Of a stretch of DNA of 64,000 bases, positions 13,741 to 27,983 are shown piece after piece. The first letter of the stretch is position 1, and every line of letters begins with the position of its first letter. The stretch is from the human T2T-CHM13v2.0 reference genome, Homo sapiens, in assembly GCF_009914755.1 (NCBI RefSeq), contig NC_060927.1; one strand, given 5' to 3'. Under the pieces are notes generated by a model. It had not been told where the DNA came from and did not search any database. It saw only the letters and a program-made list of their open reading frames with translations. A program made the position numbers and the translations under genes.

Positions 13741-14554
13741 GGATTGAGTTAGCTAGTCTCCTCTAGTATTATTTGTGCAATTGTGGAGAGAAAAATCCCT
13801 AAAAATGTACACTGTATTTAATCAATTTACCCATCCAACAATTCACTGATACATCGATCCTTGAAACCAAAAAGATTTAAAATGGCTTCCAAAAGTACAC
13901 AATTATACAATAAAATAAATTAAAACAGATGAAAAATGAAAGGGATACAAAATATAGTTGGGAACAGGATATTTCTATACGTATACTGGTAAAGTCAGTT
14001 AAATCACAGGAAAGAGAAGGAATTTGCTTTTTAATTTCTCCAATTTAACCTTATTGTAACTACTATTATAATAGTGTTATAAACACTAAGCAAATATTTA
14101 CTCGTTCCTTATCTAACCATTACTATGGCAAATACTCTATAACCAGGTACCTTATATTATGAGCCAGGCAATCTATTGGATGAGACAAATATTCAGTTAT
14201 AAGAAAGTATAATATGTATGTTATAACAGTAAAATTATAGATTTTTGTAGGAGAGAAAAGTAGGATTCTCTGAACCAACAAAAATGCTTACATGGTAACT
14301 GCTGAACTATGAACCCAATACTTCATGTACCAAGAGATTTTTCTGATACATGTAAATATGCATAGTTCTTGATACACAGGGAAATATGTGGTCTCAAATG
14401 TTACCAGTACAAATGAGACTTGCACATGTAAATCACAATATGATAAGAAAACACATTTGAAAAGCATTATCTTTCTTGTAAGTGAAAGCTTAAATCTGAT
14501 TCCACTTAGCCTGGTAAGTGTTTTTGTCATTCCGTTGGGCCAGCCCACACATAC

Positions 14555-14652
14555 TGGGCTCTTGATAGGTCCTGGGCTCAACCAGCTGGCCCTTTGTGTA
14601 CTTAATTCTTTTTTTAATACTGACGAGTGTATTAGTAACACTTCCTTGATCA
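14555..14652 (-). pseudogene. Fossil exon E26 (98 nt, IKEVLLIHSSVLKKELSTQRASWLSPGPIKSP)
   Basis: tatttaccag| ... CCA|gtatgt; open (inside ORF 14288..14707), phase 1-0. Confidence 0.75.
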
Positions 14653-15211
14653 CTGGTAAATATACAGCTACCACACAACTAAGATTTTCCTTAATTCTGA
14701 AATTCACTAATTAGTTGTGGGTACGGGTTAGTATTACAAAGGTATGTTGAGTGGTACTACAATGAGTAATGTAATTCCCAAAAAGAACTGTGTTAATTTA
14801 CTTCCCACTTCATTAGAGGAATAAAAAACATCTTATTATCACTAAAGGATACAGAAAGAGACCTGGGTATTTTAGGGAATGGTAGACAGGGAGAAAGCAT
14901 GAATGCAGCATTGAGGCAAGAAACACAAATCACCTATACATCTTGGACAATGTTCGTGCTTCTTCTTAATACTTTCTGCTTGCTTCATTTATTAGTGTGT
15001 TTCATGAAAACATTTTATTCAATTAATAAACAGGTTTCCAAAGAAAGCAAATAAGGTAAATGATTCCTATTTTCAAAAACTTATCATTCTACTGGTACGT
15101 AAGTTATGCATTAGTCAACTCTGGAAGCTGCATTAATCTTTTCAAGCCAATAAGGTCACAATCAATTACTTGAGATAGCAGAATAAAATACAGGCTTAAA
15201 AGAAATAATGC

Positions 15212-15534
<323 letters not shown>

Positions 15535-16551
15535 TCATTTAGAGAGAACATATGGTACAATTATGAGTATCAAAACTGGGAATTTATATATTTTAAGCCT
15601 ACCATAAAACATATTTACTTTTTTTCTTTTGTTGGATGAGAGATATTCTAACGCTGTTTATTTTTTCGGAAGATTCAGATTATTCAAAGTGTATCAGCTG
15701 ATTGTTATGTGTGTTAATTCAAGCACTGAGTTTAAATAATCATAACTCAACTCCCTAAAACTGAAGATTCTGTGTAAGGTTGGGCCAGTGCCCTCATTCC
15801 TAGGATCAAACCATGTAAGACCAGACAAAGGTCTCAGAGATTTTGGGGGGTTCCAGTCTTTCTCCTTTGTCCATAGACGTGTTAGGGAAAGGATGACATT
15901 TTCTTATAGTACTTACCCCAAATAACTAAAATCTCAACAAAAAATAGATAAAAGTGCGGATTGTAAAATAGGTGTTAATAATTCCTTAATCAAATCTTGT
16001 AACTAATGAAAAAACACTAGTTTATATGCAGAAGTAAACTGACGAAAGGATGAACAGAATAAACAAGGAGGAAAAGACACATTTTTAAATATGTAATTTA
16101 GAAACTGTCAAAAAAAGTGGGACATGTCTTATTTAACTGGTGTATGAGAAGAATGGATGGTTTTACAGGCACATAAATGCAGGTACAGAAAGGTAATAGG
16201 AGCTTTGTATTACAATGGAACTTAAACTCCTCTGGGCAGTGATCAGCTAAGATGGAACAGAGACAGTTACAATGCAATGATTAACTAGTGGACAAAGCTA
16301 TTATTTATGGCAGGTATGTAAGCAATTGGGGCAGCAATGTTGGAGGCCCCTCCTCATCAAGCAGCTTTGCCAGTACAGACTGGATGCCTGGAACCAGGAA
16401 AGACACAAAAACAATAAAACCTAGAGCCAGCTAAGGGAGATTCAATGCAATCCATCTCCAAATTTTAAATATTACTGGAAATCTACACTGAAGAATGTTT
16501 TCCCTTGGGATTGGCATACACTGTGGTTATAGAATGTTGACCAACACTTAC

Positions 16552-16583
16552 CTTTATTTATCTCACTATGCAGAGCAATATGC
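16552..16583 (-). pseudogene. Fossil exon E25 (32 nt, HIALHSEINK)
   Basis: gtattttag| ... AAG|gtaagt; open, phase 2-1. Confidence 0.75.
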
Positions 16584-17587
16584 CTAAAATACCTACTTAG
16601 AAATTCTCATTATATTACAGAAAAAGGAGATTCTAACATTAGTTGGCAAAAATTTTTGTTGATAGGCATGAACATCATGTCATTACATGAACAGATCATT
16701 AAAGTGAGTCCATTTCATTGACAGTATATATTGTGGGTCTTTTTATTCTGAACAACCAAACAAAACAAACACACAAGAGGTCATTGTGCCTTCCCTCATT
16801 TGGTTGGCAGCTTTATCTGTAAAATATGAAAATAAAAAACTAACATGGACTACAATCCTGCATGTACCATTGGTACCTGCATAGTACCATTTCTGCATAA
16901 GATTTAATCAAATATTTTATTCATGTTCTGAAATCCTGATATTTGTGAAGATGGAAAAATACACGGGATATTTTTAACTTTCAACTTCATGATCTCCAGT
17001 AAAAGTAGAAAAATAATCATATTTCATATTATTTGGTTTTTTGAGCTAGCCAAAAAATTATTAGTATACAAGAAAAAAGGAAGTTACCACTCTTCACTTG
17101 TCTTCAGGTCTTTTAATGTAATCTCAGGAAAAAAACATATTTAACAAAAATGGAAATTATCATGTTAAAATCTATTCCACTTTGAAAAGCGATATTCTTT
17201 CTCCCTCTCAGATAATTTTAAATATAAACCTGAAATGTTCATAACCAAATAAATCGTCTAGCAGATAACCAATCACCAAACATTAATTTTACACAATGAG
17301 GTTTCTTTAATTTCTCTCTGTCTCTCTCACAGACACACACACACACACACATTCACACAGACAGGTTGCTAACTTGATTCTTAGTATGGTAACTTAAACT
17401 CATAACCACTCCAAAATATACTTTACCTTGATTTTGTGAATAAAAATAAATAATCTTATGGGGCAAGGCAGGGATAAAAATTAGAAGTATATTTCTAACT
17501 TTAATAGCTAATAATAAAAAGAACAGCAGAAATTACTGAAAATTATATTGCTAAAATGTATCTGTACATGTGGCTGTGAAAACTTAC

Positions 17588-17613
17588 GTGCAAAGAGAAT
17601 TCTCGTTAACTAC
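17588..17613 (-). pseudogene. Fossil exon E24 (26 nt, VVNENSLC)
   Basis: cctctttctgaag| ... CAC|gtaagt; open, phase 0-2. Confidence 0.7.
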
Positions 17614-17847
17614 CTTCAGAAAGAGGTAATGAAATATGAGGTTTAAGAGTACATCTTTAGTACTTCTGTACCTTAAAATATTGCCGAGTATTAATTTTTC
17701 ATCAAGTTGTCATTTTCTCTGACATTTGGTTTTATTAATCAAGGCATTTATCATTAATTTGTAGAAAATATCGTAATTAAGCCAAATAAAATAAAATCCT
17801 TAAAAGGTTAAAATTAGAAAGCAGGTGAATTAGAACTTTGACATTAC

Positions 17848-18061
17848 CCTGTTGACATACAGGAGCTTTCTGGAAGTATGAGAATGAAGTTTTTTTCAGT
17901 GAGTTTGGTGCCTCGATCTTGGGGCTGGCTGGTTTTTAAAAAATGTTATAAAGATTTGATTTAAACCTCTCTGACAGTTTTGACATTCAGGTGAAAGTAC
18001 TGCTGCTGCATTTGGAACAATTTGCATATCCCACTGCTAAACGGAATGTTTGAGGTGTGCA
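17848..18061 (-). pseudogene. Fossil exon E23 (214 nt, AHLKHSV*QWDMQIVPNAAAVLSPECQNCQRGLNQIFITFFKNQPAPRSRHQTH*KKLHSHTSRKLLYVNR)
   Basis: ttaatttctttacaccag| ... AGG|gtaatg; phase 2-0; only 2 stops in 71 codons. Confidence 0.8.
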
Positions 18062-18843
18062 CTGGTGTAAAGAAATTAAAAACAAGCTATCACACATGCT
18101 TAAGTGTATGTATTCACAAAACTGATGGTTGGATCGCACCACCCCATCCCCCTCCAATGTAATCTGTGATTTACTCTTCTATAATAAATTACCCTACCAT
18201 GTTAGTCTCACTGGAAAATCTAACCATGCATGTAAGAAGAAAAGTAATTACAGCCCCCTCTTGTCTAAGAAGCCTCCTTCAATCCCTGTGAGCTCTTTAT
18301 ACACAATGCAGCCACACGAGTCTATTGTAAACTTCTTGCCTGAAATTCTGGACTTCTGACTATCAGTAGCCACTAAATCTCATCTGAAGAGTTTCAATGT
18401 CCCCAACAAATACAATTTTATTTCTTATAGTTAATTGTAAAGCTCTTCCTCAGGAGAAATTGTTACTGACATTCTGACTTTAAGCCAATATGTCTGTTTA
18501 ACAAAAGAACACAGTTTAAAATCATGAGTTCCAAACCAGTTAAAAAAAAAAAAAAAAAGGAGGACAGAGGGACATAATACATAATGAAATAGAAGGAACA
18601 AGAGTTAGAGCAACACCTAATTAAGCTGAAATATTCAGAAAGAGTATAAAATTTCTACTTTTTAACTTACAATTTCATATTATTTTTAGGTATACATAGA
18701 AAAAGATATTTAATGTGTTTAAGGACAATAAAAGAAAAATAATAAAATAAAAGAAAAGTTGAGGTAGCAAATCCAAGACCTTAAATATTATAAGACAATT
18801 CAAGAAGATAAAGCCCATTCAGGAAAATACCACTGGACATTAC

Positions 18844-18894
18844 CTTCAGCCTTCAGAGTCCCAAAGGCAATTCTTAACACTTCTTTTTATTTGT
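18844..18894 (-). pseudogene. Fossil exon E22 (51 nt, QIKRSVKNCLWDSEG*)
   Basis: T-rich tract ...ttttacag| ... AAG|gtaatg; phase 2-2; one TGA. Confidence 0.8.
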
Positions 18895-20821
18895 CTGTAA
18901 AAAAAGGAATACTTAAAATTAGAAATCTGCCAAGGAAAACATTTGCATTTCTATAATATCTTTATGACCCAGGTAGCTGAGTTTGTGTATGCCAACTAAT
19001 ATCTATAGTTTTAAAAAGAAAACTGAAAGCTAACACATTCATATGTGTACAAGTACTCAGTAAAACGTGGCCCAAATATACAATCTAAACCACTGCATAT
19101 ACATTTTTGAGGAGGCATAGCACGGTGTTTGCTATAGTATCATAAGAAGTTATCTTAACTCATAAGGATATTTGCATTTTTATTTCATGTTTTCTTTTAA
19201 GAAAAGCAAATCCCAAATTGCTTTTAACCTATTTACTTGCTCATTCTTATTAACAGAGAGTTCGCAAAGTTCTATGATGTATAATGTACTGGTCATCACT
19301 GGTGAGTTTAAAAGTATGCAAAGATAAAACACAAGCCCTATTCTCAAAATAGTAGGTAAGGTTAGAGATATTTGCATAAACTCAGATAAACCAAAGAAAA
19401 TAAAAAGAAAATGGGTGGAAAGAAATAAAGATGCAAAGGGTAACATGTTCAGTACAGCTTAGTACCTAAGGCATTGACATTAAAACATGGCTTAATATTT
19501 CCTGTTTTAGCAGAAAGGCTAATAGTAGGGTCCTACCCATATTTAGATGCAAGGATGCCAAACAAATGGATGGGTTGCTTTTAAATTTCTTTAGTAAAGA
19601 ATTGAAGCTGGATGGGAACAGGCAGGATGTTGAGTTTACTTTAAAGCCAATTTGGTGATTTTGACTATAGAAAGATTTAACTAAAAACAGCTCTCCTATT
19701 AAAAATTGAATTTGATGTTGTGTTCCCATTAGAAAATGATCTCTCTAAATTTGCTATGAAATCTCAATGATGACCTTGATGCCACATTTACTAATAATCT
19801 CCACAGAGATTTAGGCATTCAAAGTTTCAAAAGCAGTTTTAATAATGGAAATGCAATACCTAAACATATGCTTGATTATATAATCTAGTACATCTACAGT
19901 AAAATGCCCATTAAAATTTTAAAAATCTGAGGATTTTAATTGACTATATCATTAATATGCATGCACAGTATTTTTGCAAACAACAAACCACACTAGTAAA
20001 CCAAAACAAACCTAAGGATTGGTTGCACTAATAGACAAATAGGGTCCAGAAAAGGAATCTGACACTCCTGTTATATTTGGGGTGCATCAGCATTATTACA
20101 GTTATTCTGCATCAGCAAACTAGGAGGGATGCTAAAAGTTAGTAACTGCTAGGAGGAGTGAGACCAGAACAATTAATGATGAAGAAATAGGATGATTAGG
20201 AACAGAAAAGAAAAAATGTTCTGATCATAGAGATAAAGTGGAGGACACCTTTGAGAAAATTAATTTGGTAACTACATGATATATTACAAAAGTTACTTTT
20301 ATTAATTTATTACCTGTCTCTTCCTCTAGAATGGAAGTAACATAAGGGCAGGCACTTTCTCTTTTTCACTGTAACCCCATTTTCTTGAATAGTGCCTGCC
20401 ATATACTAGGATATCAATGAATATGTACTCAGTGAATGAATGAACAGCCTAACCAATAAAACAGGCACTAAATCTGTATCTATTTACAGATGAGAAATTT
20501 AGGCTTAAAGAAATTAAATCATGTACACCAAATTAAATTGTCATTCTGCAACTACAAACTTCTACAATGCATTCTTTATTCTTCCATTCAATATTCATTC
20601 TAGCAACAGGAGAAACAGACAATAAACAAATAAACTGTTAGACTTATAATGTCATATAATTAGTACTATGAAGTCAGATAAAACAAGATAATGACACTGA
20701 GAGTTACCTGGCCTGATATTTTAGATAGATTTGGACAGGGAAACTTCTCAAAGGACGTAAGAATAATAAGAAACCTGAATCAAGTAAAGAAGACAGTCAA
20801 AACAAAAAAATCTGAAGGACT

Positions 20822-21119
20822 GGCTGGGTGAGGTGGCTCACACCTGTAATCCCAGCAGTTCGGGAGGCCGAGGCAGGCGGATCACCTGAGGTCAGAAGTT
20901 CAAGACCAGCCTGCTCAACATGGCGAAACCCCATCTCTACTAAAATACAAAAAATTAGCCGGGCGTGGTGGCGGGCACCTGTAATCCCAGCTACTCAGGA
21001 GGCTGAAGCAGGAGAATTGCTTGATCCTAAGAGGTGGAGGTTGCAGTGAGCCAAGATCGCGCCACTGCCCTTCAGCCTGGGTGATAAGAGCAAAACTCCG
21101 CCTCAAAAAAAAAAAAAAA
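20822..21119 (+). mobile_element. Alu (AluS-type), full length
   Basis: Dimeric Alu; TSD aaaaaatctgaaggac. Confidence 0.97.
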
Positions 21120-21432
21120 TCTGAAGGACCGTTTGAATTGTTTTAGGATTAAATAATACATATTTCCTTGCCTAGTATAATGGCCAGCATATACCAAACA
21201 GTGTACTCAATACTTTTTATTATATTGCTAATATTTTTATAAATTATGTTTCCCCACTAGATTACATTGTCAAAGGCATTTACTGTTATTTTCCTTAAGG
21301 TTCCTTAAATAGTGCCTAGCAAGAGCTCAATAAACACTTAGAGAACAAAAATAGAAAGACACAATTTTCAGTTCATTAATTAGAAAATAAACAGACTACA
21401 TGAATATGAAAAAGTCACCATCTTTCGTATAC

Positions 21433-21483
21433 CTGAATCAATCAAACTCTGTTAAATCAATTTCACATAATATTTCACCTTTC
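21433..21483 (-). pseudogene. Fossil exon E21 (51 nt, KGEILCEIDLTEFD*F)
   Basis: Long polypyrimidine tract ...aatttag| ... CAG|gtatac; phase 2-2; one TGA. Confidence 0.75.
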
Positions 21484-21929
21484 CTAAATTAAAAAAAAAA
21501 GAAAAAGGGGAAAATATATTAAATGGCTAGGGCCAAGAAGTCATAGATAACAAAAGAATAAGAAAGAATCAGAAGAAAATTAAGTTATTAACATGAGGCC
21601 ACTCTCTTTACTATTTACATGCTGTCTGACTCCATCAGATTAACACATTTTTCCAGTGAAGGGACATTGCTACACAGATATCTGATTCATTTATGTATTC
21701 CTAATGCAAGCACAAGCCTTGCTATGTAACAAATAATCAAAAAAATCTTTGTTGTCCTGAAATGAACTAAAATGATGTTTAGTAGTTTTGATGCTTTAAA
21801 GCTAGCTCAAAACAATAACAACAAACCAGGGGACTGACAAACTTAAAAAACAAATTTAAATGAGAAAACATCAAGCATTAGGTTTGAGTCCTATAGCAAA
21901 GAAGCAGAGAACAAGGTAGGTTCTTTCCA

Positions 21930-23320
21930 AAGAGTTAAATATAAGTGACAGTGTGATATTGGCATTGGAAGAGATAGATCAGTAGAAGAGGCCAGGGGAA
22001 CTTAGGTATGGGGTAAATGTTACAAGTAACATTTCCATGAACAATGTTGAGATAGCTGACTGATTACCTGTGGCAAAATAAATTCTGTTCTCTAATTCTT
22101 ATCAGTACTAAAATATAAATCAGGTCAATAAAACTCAATATAATATATAAAACAATCAAGGACCTCTAAGAAAATACATATGTATAATTTTCTGAACTCC
22201 AATGTGGGAAGGACTTTTAAAGTACATACACAGTGGTATATAATATAAGCATAAAGATTTATGATGTTTACTACTTAAAATTAAAAATTTTAGCCTGGGC
22301 AACATGGTGAAACCCTGTCTCCACAAAAAATACAAAAATTAGTTGGACATGGTGGTGCACAACTGTAGTCCCAGCTACTCAGGAGGCTGAGGTGGGAGGA
22401 TCACCTGAGCCTGGAGAGGTCAAGGCTACAGTGAACCATGATCCTGCCACTGTACTCCAGTATGGGCAAGAGAACAAGACCCAGTCTCAAAAAAAAAAAA
22501 AAAAAAAGTGTAAGGCAGAAAACATCTTTAACAAAATTCAAACTTAAGAGGCCAATAAAAAATAAATATTTTTAAAGTGTATAATGTTCATTGGGTTAAG
22601 AGTCTTTATAAATAAATAAACATATTATTCTACTTTTTAAAATGAGCAAAATACATGAATAGGCAATTCACAATAGAATTGTGAGTTCTCTTCTAAAATA
22701 TGGAATGCATTTATAAATATATTTAAACATATATAAAATATATTTTAAACTATATATAAAATAGTAATACTTATTACTATTTATTATTAAATAATATTAT
22801 TAATTCTAATACCTATAAGTAATAAGGTGAAATAAGAAGCTAAAATACATATGAAATAATATTAATCTGCAATAGCAATGAAAGAAATGCAAATTAAATA
22901 AACTAAAATATTTTAGAATAGTGAACTGGTTAGATAAATTATATGTAATAGGATATTAAGTGTTCATTAGACATGGCAAGTGAAAATATATAATACATCA
23001 TTAAGCTTAGAAAACAGGTTATAAAATGGTAATAATGATAACATACCATACCAATATTTAATAATTTTTCTCTATATAATATAAATACAGACTATGCACA
23101 ACTTTTGGTTATGTGCATATGTAAGTATAGATCTGTATGTACCAGGTGTGTGTGTGTGTGTGTGCTTGTGTGTGCATTAGAAAAAGTATGTATGTGACTG
23201 TAAAAAACTTAAACTACATTATTCTTTGAATTTATCTTAAGATTATGACAGTTTTTTTCTTCTTAGAATTTGTTTCCAAATTTTCTGTAATAAAAACAAA
23301 TTACTTTTTATAAACATAAA
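21930..23320 (+). mobile_element. Highly decayed L1M remnant interrupted by an Alu
   Basis: Degenerate ORF2 3' motifs (aaatgagcaaaatacatgaataggcaattcaca, gaaatgcaaattaaa). Confidence 0.55.
22292..22507 (+). mobile_element. 5'-truncated Alu (AluJ-like)
   Basis: gaggtgggaggatcacctgagc...ggtcaaggctacagtga; A tail. Confidence 0.9.
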
Positions 23321-24485
23321 AAGCACTAAAGAAGGCACCTAGTTTATGTTTCAGGAAAGAAAAATTTAATTTATATTATTAGAATTCCTGAATGTTAAGA
23401 AAGACATTTGAAAATGTCTATCTGTCATTTTTGGTGAAACCTTTTTAACTGCATAGATTTTTTTAGAGAAAAAAAAATGTAAGGAAGGAAAGGAGAAAGG
23501 GCAGGTATCGTGAGGAAGGGAAGAGAACAACAAAGAAAGAAAAATAGGATTTATAAAGATAACAGCAACTACTCAGAATGGTATCTATTAGGTTCCTAGC
23601 AACCAAATTTTAACTGGTAACATCTCCAATTAAACTTTCAAAGAAAAGCACAGCCTGGAATGTAGAAAACTTAAGTTGGAGGTTACATTTATACTGTGAA
23701 CATACTTTTACAAGAGAAAATAGATGAAATGTTCATCGATTTCAATGATAGGACTACTGTATAAAGAGAGACAAAATACACCATGAGAACATAAGATGCT
23801 CCAAATCAGTTTTGGAAATAGGAGTAGTATAAATTTCAATTAAGTAAAAGTTTAAAGTAAGCAAATTTTAAGTAGCTATAAAATCATGCTGTTCATTCCC
23901 ATATAAGAAATTTTCAATCCATAGTCCTTAACATGTCATTCAAAACATATGACCCTACAACATATGAACTATGACTTCTGGTTAATTGTTTCAATGGACA
24001 TTATTTTGTATAAGGCCTTCCCAATGAGTACAAAATGAATAGAAACTGTTAAAGACCATTATCTATTAATAATTATAGCAAACAAGTCTTCATTAAATAA
24101 AAATTTAAACATAAGGTTTAATTGTATTTTATTTTAAAAGGCAAATGAAAGCCAATTGATCATCCTGAAAGATCATAAAGAACCTGTACAGTTCCATCGT
24201 CAAGAAGACAAGGATACATTCCTTCAAAGACTGGAAAAGCTTTAATTTCAGTTCATCCATAATCATGCATCCTAAGGTGGAGGTATTCATTTTGGATTTG
24301 GATATATTATTAGAGTTTTTAAAACACCAGGGAAATCTGGTAAGTTCTATGGTATATTCTCAAAGAACATTTCATAAGATTGGTCTGGCTAAACCCCATA
24401 CTAAAGCCATCTGAAATAAAGTCAAATTCCATGGAGCTGGAGCTCGAGAGCAACAACAAAAGACCATTCACTGACTCAGTTATAC

Positions 24486-24512
24486 TTGCTCTTAGGTATT
24501 TCAGGTTCGCTT
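24486..24512 (-). pseudogene. Fossil exon E20 (27 nt, SEPEIPKS); donor uncertain, may read through as a terminal exon
   Basis: ctttttccccctatttag| strong acceptor; CAA|gtataa weak donor; minus-strand AATAAA at 24128-24133. Confidence 0.65.
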
Positions 24513-25331
24513 CTAAATAGGGGGAAAAAGTACAGAAAGATTAGGTACTAAATACTGTTTTTAACTCTAAAATACAATCAATTTTTTTCTTTACTTGTCT
24601 GTTTAAAAGTAACCCGAGCCCTTCCTTTTATTATGTGAAGCTTCATTCTGTTTATTTTTATTTCCCAAGAGCAGAATGCCTTAAATAAATTCTTAAAAAC
24701 CAACACATCAACAAATAAATAAATTAAAACTCAGTGACTATAAAAAGTACACAATCTAACCTGCTTAATTATTAACAGGTAAACACAATGAACTTCTAAA
24801 TTATTTACTTAATCCCCTTCAACTAAAAACTTTAAAGTTTTTGGGCTTGAAATGTATATCCTTTCTAAGGGTCCATAAAACAATTATTTAAAAATCTATT
24901 TAGCCATTTTAGTAAAAGCAATTTTAAAATACCAAGGTAAATATGCACTTAAACATTTACATAAGTTCATAAAAAATAGAAGACTTTTTTTAAATTTCAC
25001 AGGTCAGTAAAATTATTTTTCTTCCAGCTTTCCCTAGTCTTCTGTCAGATATTTCACTCCACCATGAGCAGAAATATTCAGTACTAAATTATATTAGATT
25101 GATATAATAGTTTTGAAGTAAGCATTTATAGAATACTCTTATTCCTGAGTATACCATAAGAAATGTATAATTATGAAACTATAAAAATATTAATAATTTT
25201 GAAACTTCAAGAAAAAAAGAATGAATAAATTAAAAAATCACCATTTTCTCCAGATAAGACTGGACTATTTTCACCAGCGTAGCTAATCACTGAAGAAAGA
25301 TTGCTGCTTGATGCAAGTAACCATTGATTAC

Positions 25332-25373
25332 CTGAAATGTTGGTTAGTTAAATGTTCTGGTTAGCTAAGGGTT
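25332..25373 (-). pseudogene. Fossil exon E19 (42 nt, TLS*PEHLTNQHF)
   Basis: cctttccccctag| ... CAG|gtaatc; phase 2-2; one TAA. Confidence 0.75.
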
Positions 25374-26044
25374 CTAGGGGGAAAGGTGTTTTTGTTTTTA
25401 GATCATTTTAACTAAAAATATAAGATGTTCTACTAGATTTCTCTGCTTTAGTAAATAGGGAATTATAATTTTATCTTTCACTTAAAATGAAAAAATTATG
25501 TTGCCTTAGAGGATGGCTCTTGAACTTTTGGGAAGTCAGAAGGGCCTCTGGGACGATGAAAAAAAACCAAGAATCTTTTTTCTCTAGAAAAGTGCATATG
25601 ATCACGAAATTTTGTATGAAATTTCCAGGGATCCAGAGACCCAATAAAAACCCCTTGCTTTCTAATTTTACAGAATTCTAAATAACTAGACATAGGAGAT
25701 TGCACTCATACAGTAACCCCCAGGACAAAAGGAGAATGTTTGAAGTTCCTTCAGAAGACAGGCCTAATAATGAGCTATTTTGTTATGATTTGTAACCTTT
25801 CTTCTAAAAGGGGTGTGTAAAAACAATTCTTGTTAATTTAGTCTTGGTTAAAGGTTAAATATGTTTCCTTTAAGGACAATTGCATTACAAGGTATTTGAG
25901 CTTTGAAACAAAATAGTGCTGCTTTAAAATCATTCCACATTTTAGAAGTGACAGCAATTTTCTTCCTATATTTTTGTAACAATAGAAGGCAGAGTCAAAG
26001 AGAAATCTATTTAATTTTCATCTTTACTTCTAAAGATTAACAGA

Positions 26045-26290
26045 TAATAGCAAATACATGAGCAGTCCCCATATTCAGGTTCTGTTCAAAGCGCTTTTAT
26101 TTGTATTTACTTATTTAAACCTAACAAAAACTCTAGGAGGTAGGTAATATCATCATACCCACTTTATCAATGTGTAAACTAAGGAACAGAGGGAGTAAGT
26201 AATTTGCCAAAGGACACCCTTTTACTGAGCGGCAGAACCAGGATTTATGCCCCCGTCAATCTGGTTGCAGAGTTCGGATTCCTACAGACC
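26045..26290 (-). mobile_element. MIR
   Basis: aactaaggaacagagggagtaagtaatttgccaaagg...ggcagaaccaggattt. Confidence 0.7.
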
Positions 26291-27169
26291 ATGTTCCATT
26301 TCCAGCTTTAATCTTTCATGAGTTCTTCAATCTTTCATGAGTTGATGGTTTTTCTTGTGTGTTATTATATTTAACACAAGTCTACTTCTTCACTACCATG
26401 CAAGGAACTTTCATACTGGTTTTCCCAGAAAAATTCATTTGGTGAATTGTTCATAAGATGCTGACAAAACTGGCCCCACCTTTGTGCAGCTGGCAGTTTT
26501 ATACCATAGTAAATTTCCCAGAGTCAATGCCAAAAATTAAAAAACTAAGGTACCACCAGCTAGTAAGTGTGGAATTATACAATCAAAGCTGACCTCTCAT
26601 TTCCTTTTTGGAAATAGTTTTCATGGGATAAATATGTGAATGATTATATTCCAAAGGCAACCAAGACAACAGTATAAATGGGCAATATTATCATAATAAC
26701 TTCTCAAAGGCAGGATTGTCTGCTATTCCTAATTCATCTGATGAGAGGTACACCAGTCGATACAACTTTTAATTTCTAGTCCTAAATCATTTCTATGAAA
26801 TAACATGTCAAAGTAAAATGCATACTTAATGAGGGCCAGCAAGGGGCCAAATTTGCAGTATGACTATTTTCTTGAAATATCCTCTTGGCAGATTGCTACC
26901 AAAGACAGCAACCAATTTGTAATGCAGGATTTGCTTTTAGTGTACCAATCTTTACACATTGAGTAATTCCATGAAGAGAAAAGGCTGACTTAAAAAATAA
27001 ATAAAATAAATAAATCCCATCCTTATGGTTTGCACAGAACAGGTTTTAGTTATAAATTCATTCCATTTAATTTTTATTGAATTACTCCCTAAAATAAATG
27101 CAAACAGGCAGGTACCAGTGAGACACAAGTATAAAAGGGCACAATAAAGCAGAATGTTCAAAGTCCTGT

Positions 27170-27291
27170 GGGTACATGTGCACAACACGCAGTTTAGTTA
27201 CATATGTATACATGTGCCTTGTTAGTGTGCTGCACCCAGTAACTCGTCATTTTTTAAAAATCTTTGTCCTTTTCTCAAATCCTCCCTCCAA
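27170..27291. repeat. 122-bp dispersed copy of 28765-28886 (L1 tip plus unique flank)
   Basis: 5 mismatches over 122 bp; bracketed by caaagtcc direct repeats. Confidence 0.95.
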
Positions 27292-27891
27292 AGTCCAAAG
27301 TTTTTTTTTACATTAGACCTATAGACTTTTATGAAGAAATTCATTTCAATGCAGCCAAGCTAGGCTGGGAATGAGAACCTGGTTTAATATAAAAGTATGC
27401 CTGGAATAAAATATCATCCTTTGCCTCTATCTATCTCTATATCATCCTACACACCATAATAAAACAAATATTTGGAAATAATCTAGTTATTTCCTATAAT
27501 AATTCCTAATGATTTACAGTATCAAGTCCTATATACTTGGTTTTCAAATTCCTCCATAATCTAGTTCCATTATATATCCTAATTCCAAATAATGCAGAAA
27601 TTATACTGTCTCACCCAATGAAATAAGATTTTAAATAAATATACATTGTTTCAGCAAACAATTATTGGGTTTACAATGTGTCATGCAGTGTTCATGTAGC
27701 TGAAATATTTTCACATATATATCAGGCTTTTCCTATGCCCTCAACATGTCCTTCACGATGTCCTTCCTATATAGTTCAGCATGAGGTATTCGTCTCTACT
27801 CTGTCAATTTCTGTTAAATTCATAGTGAACTCAAATTAATTTTAACTCGAGAAATGCCAGTTAGAGAAATTAAAGCATGATATATAATTAC

Positions 27892-27983
27892 ACCGAGGAA
27901 CCAGATTTAGAACCGGAGAAGCATTGTTTCTCAAGGCCGTTCTTGTCTTCATATTTCATGGTCAAAGGTCAATGTTGAAAAAG
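27892..27983 (-). pseudogene. Fossil exon E18 (92 nt, LFQH*PLTMKYEDKNGLEKQCFSGSKSGSS)
   Basis: gctttcatcag| ... GGT|gtaatt; phase 0-2; one TGA. Confidence 0.6.

Noticed and set aside
22066-22072. Minus-strand donor CAG|gtaatc
   Set aside because: Lies inside a decayed L1 remnant and is not needed for phase continuity.
24141-24345. Plus-strand exon candidate (aag|GCAAATG ... CTG|gtaagt)
   Set aside because: Weak acceptor, stop after 34 codons in the frame examined, and no partner exons.
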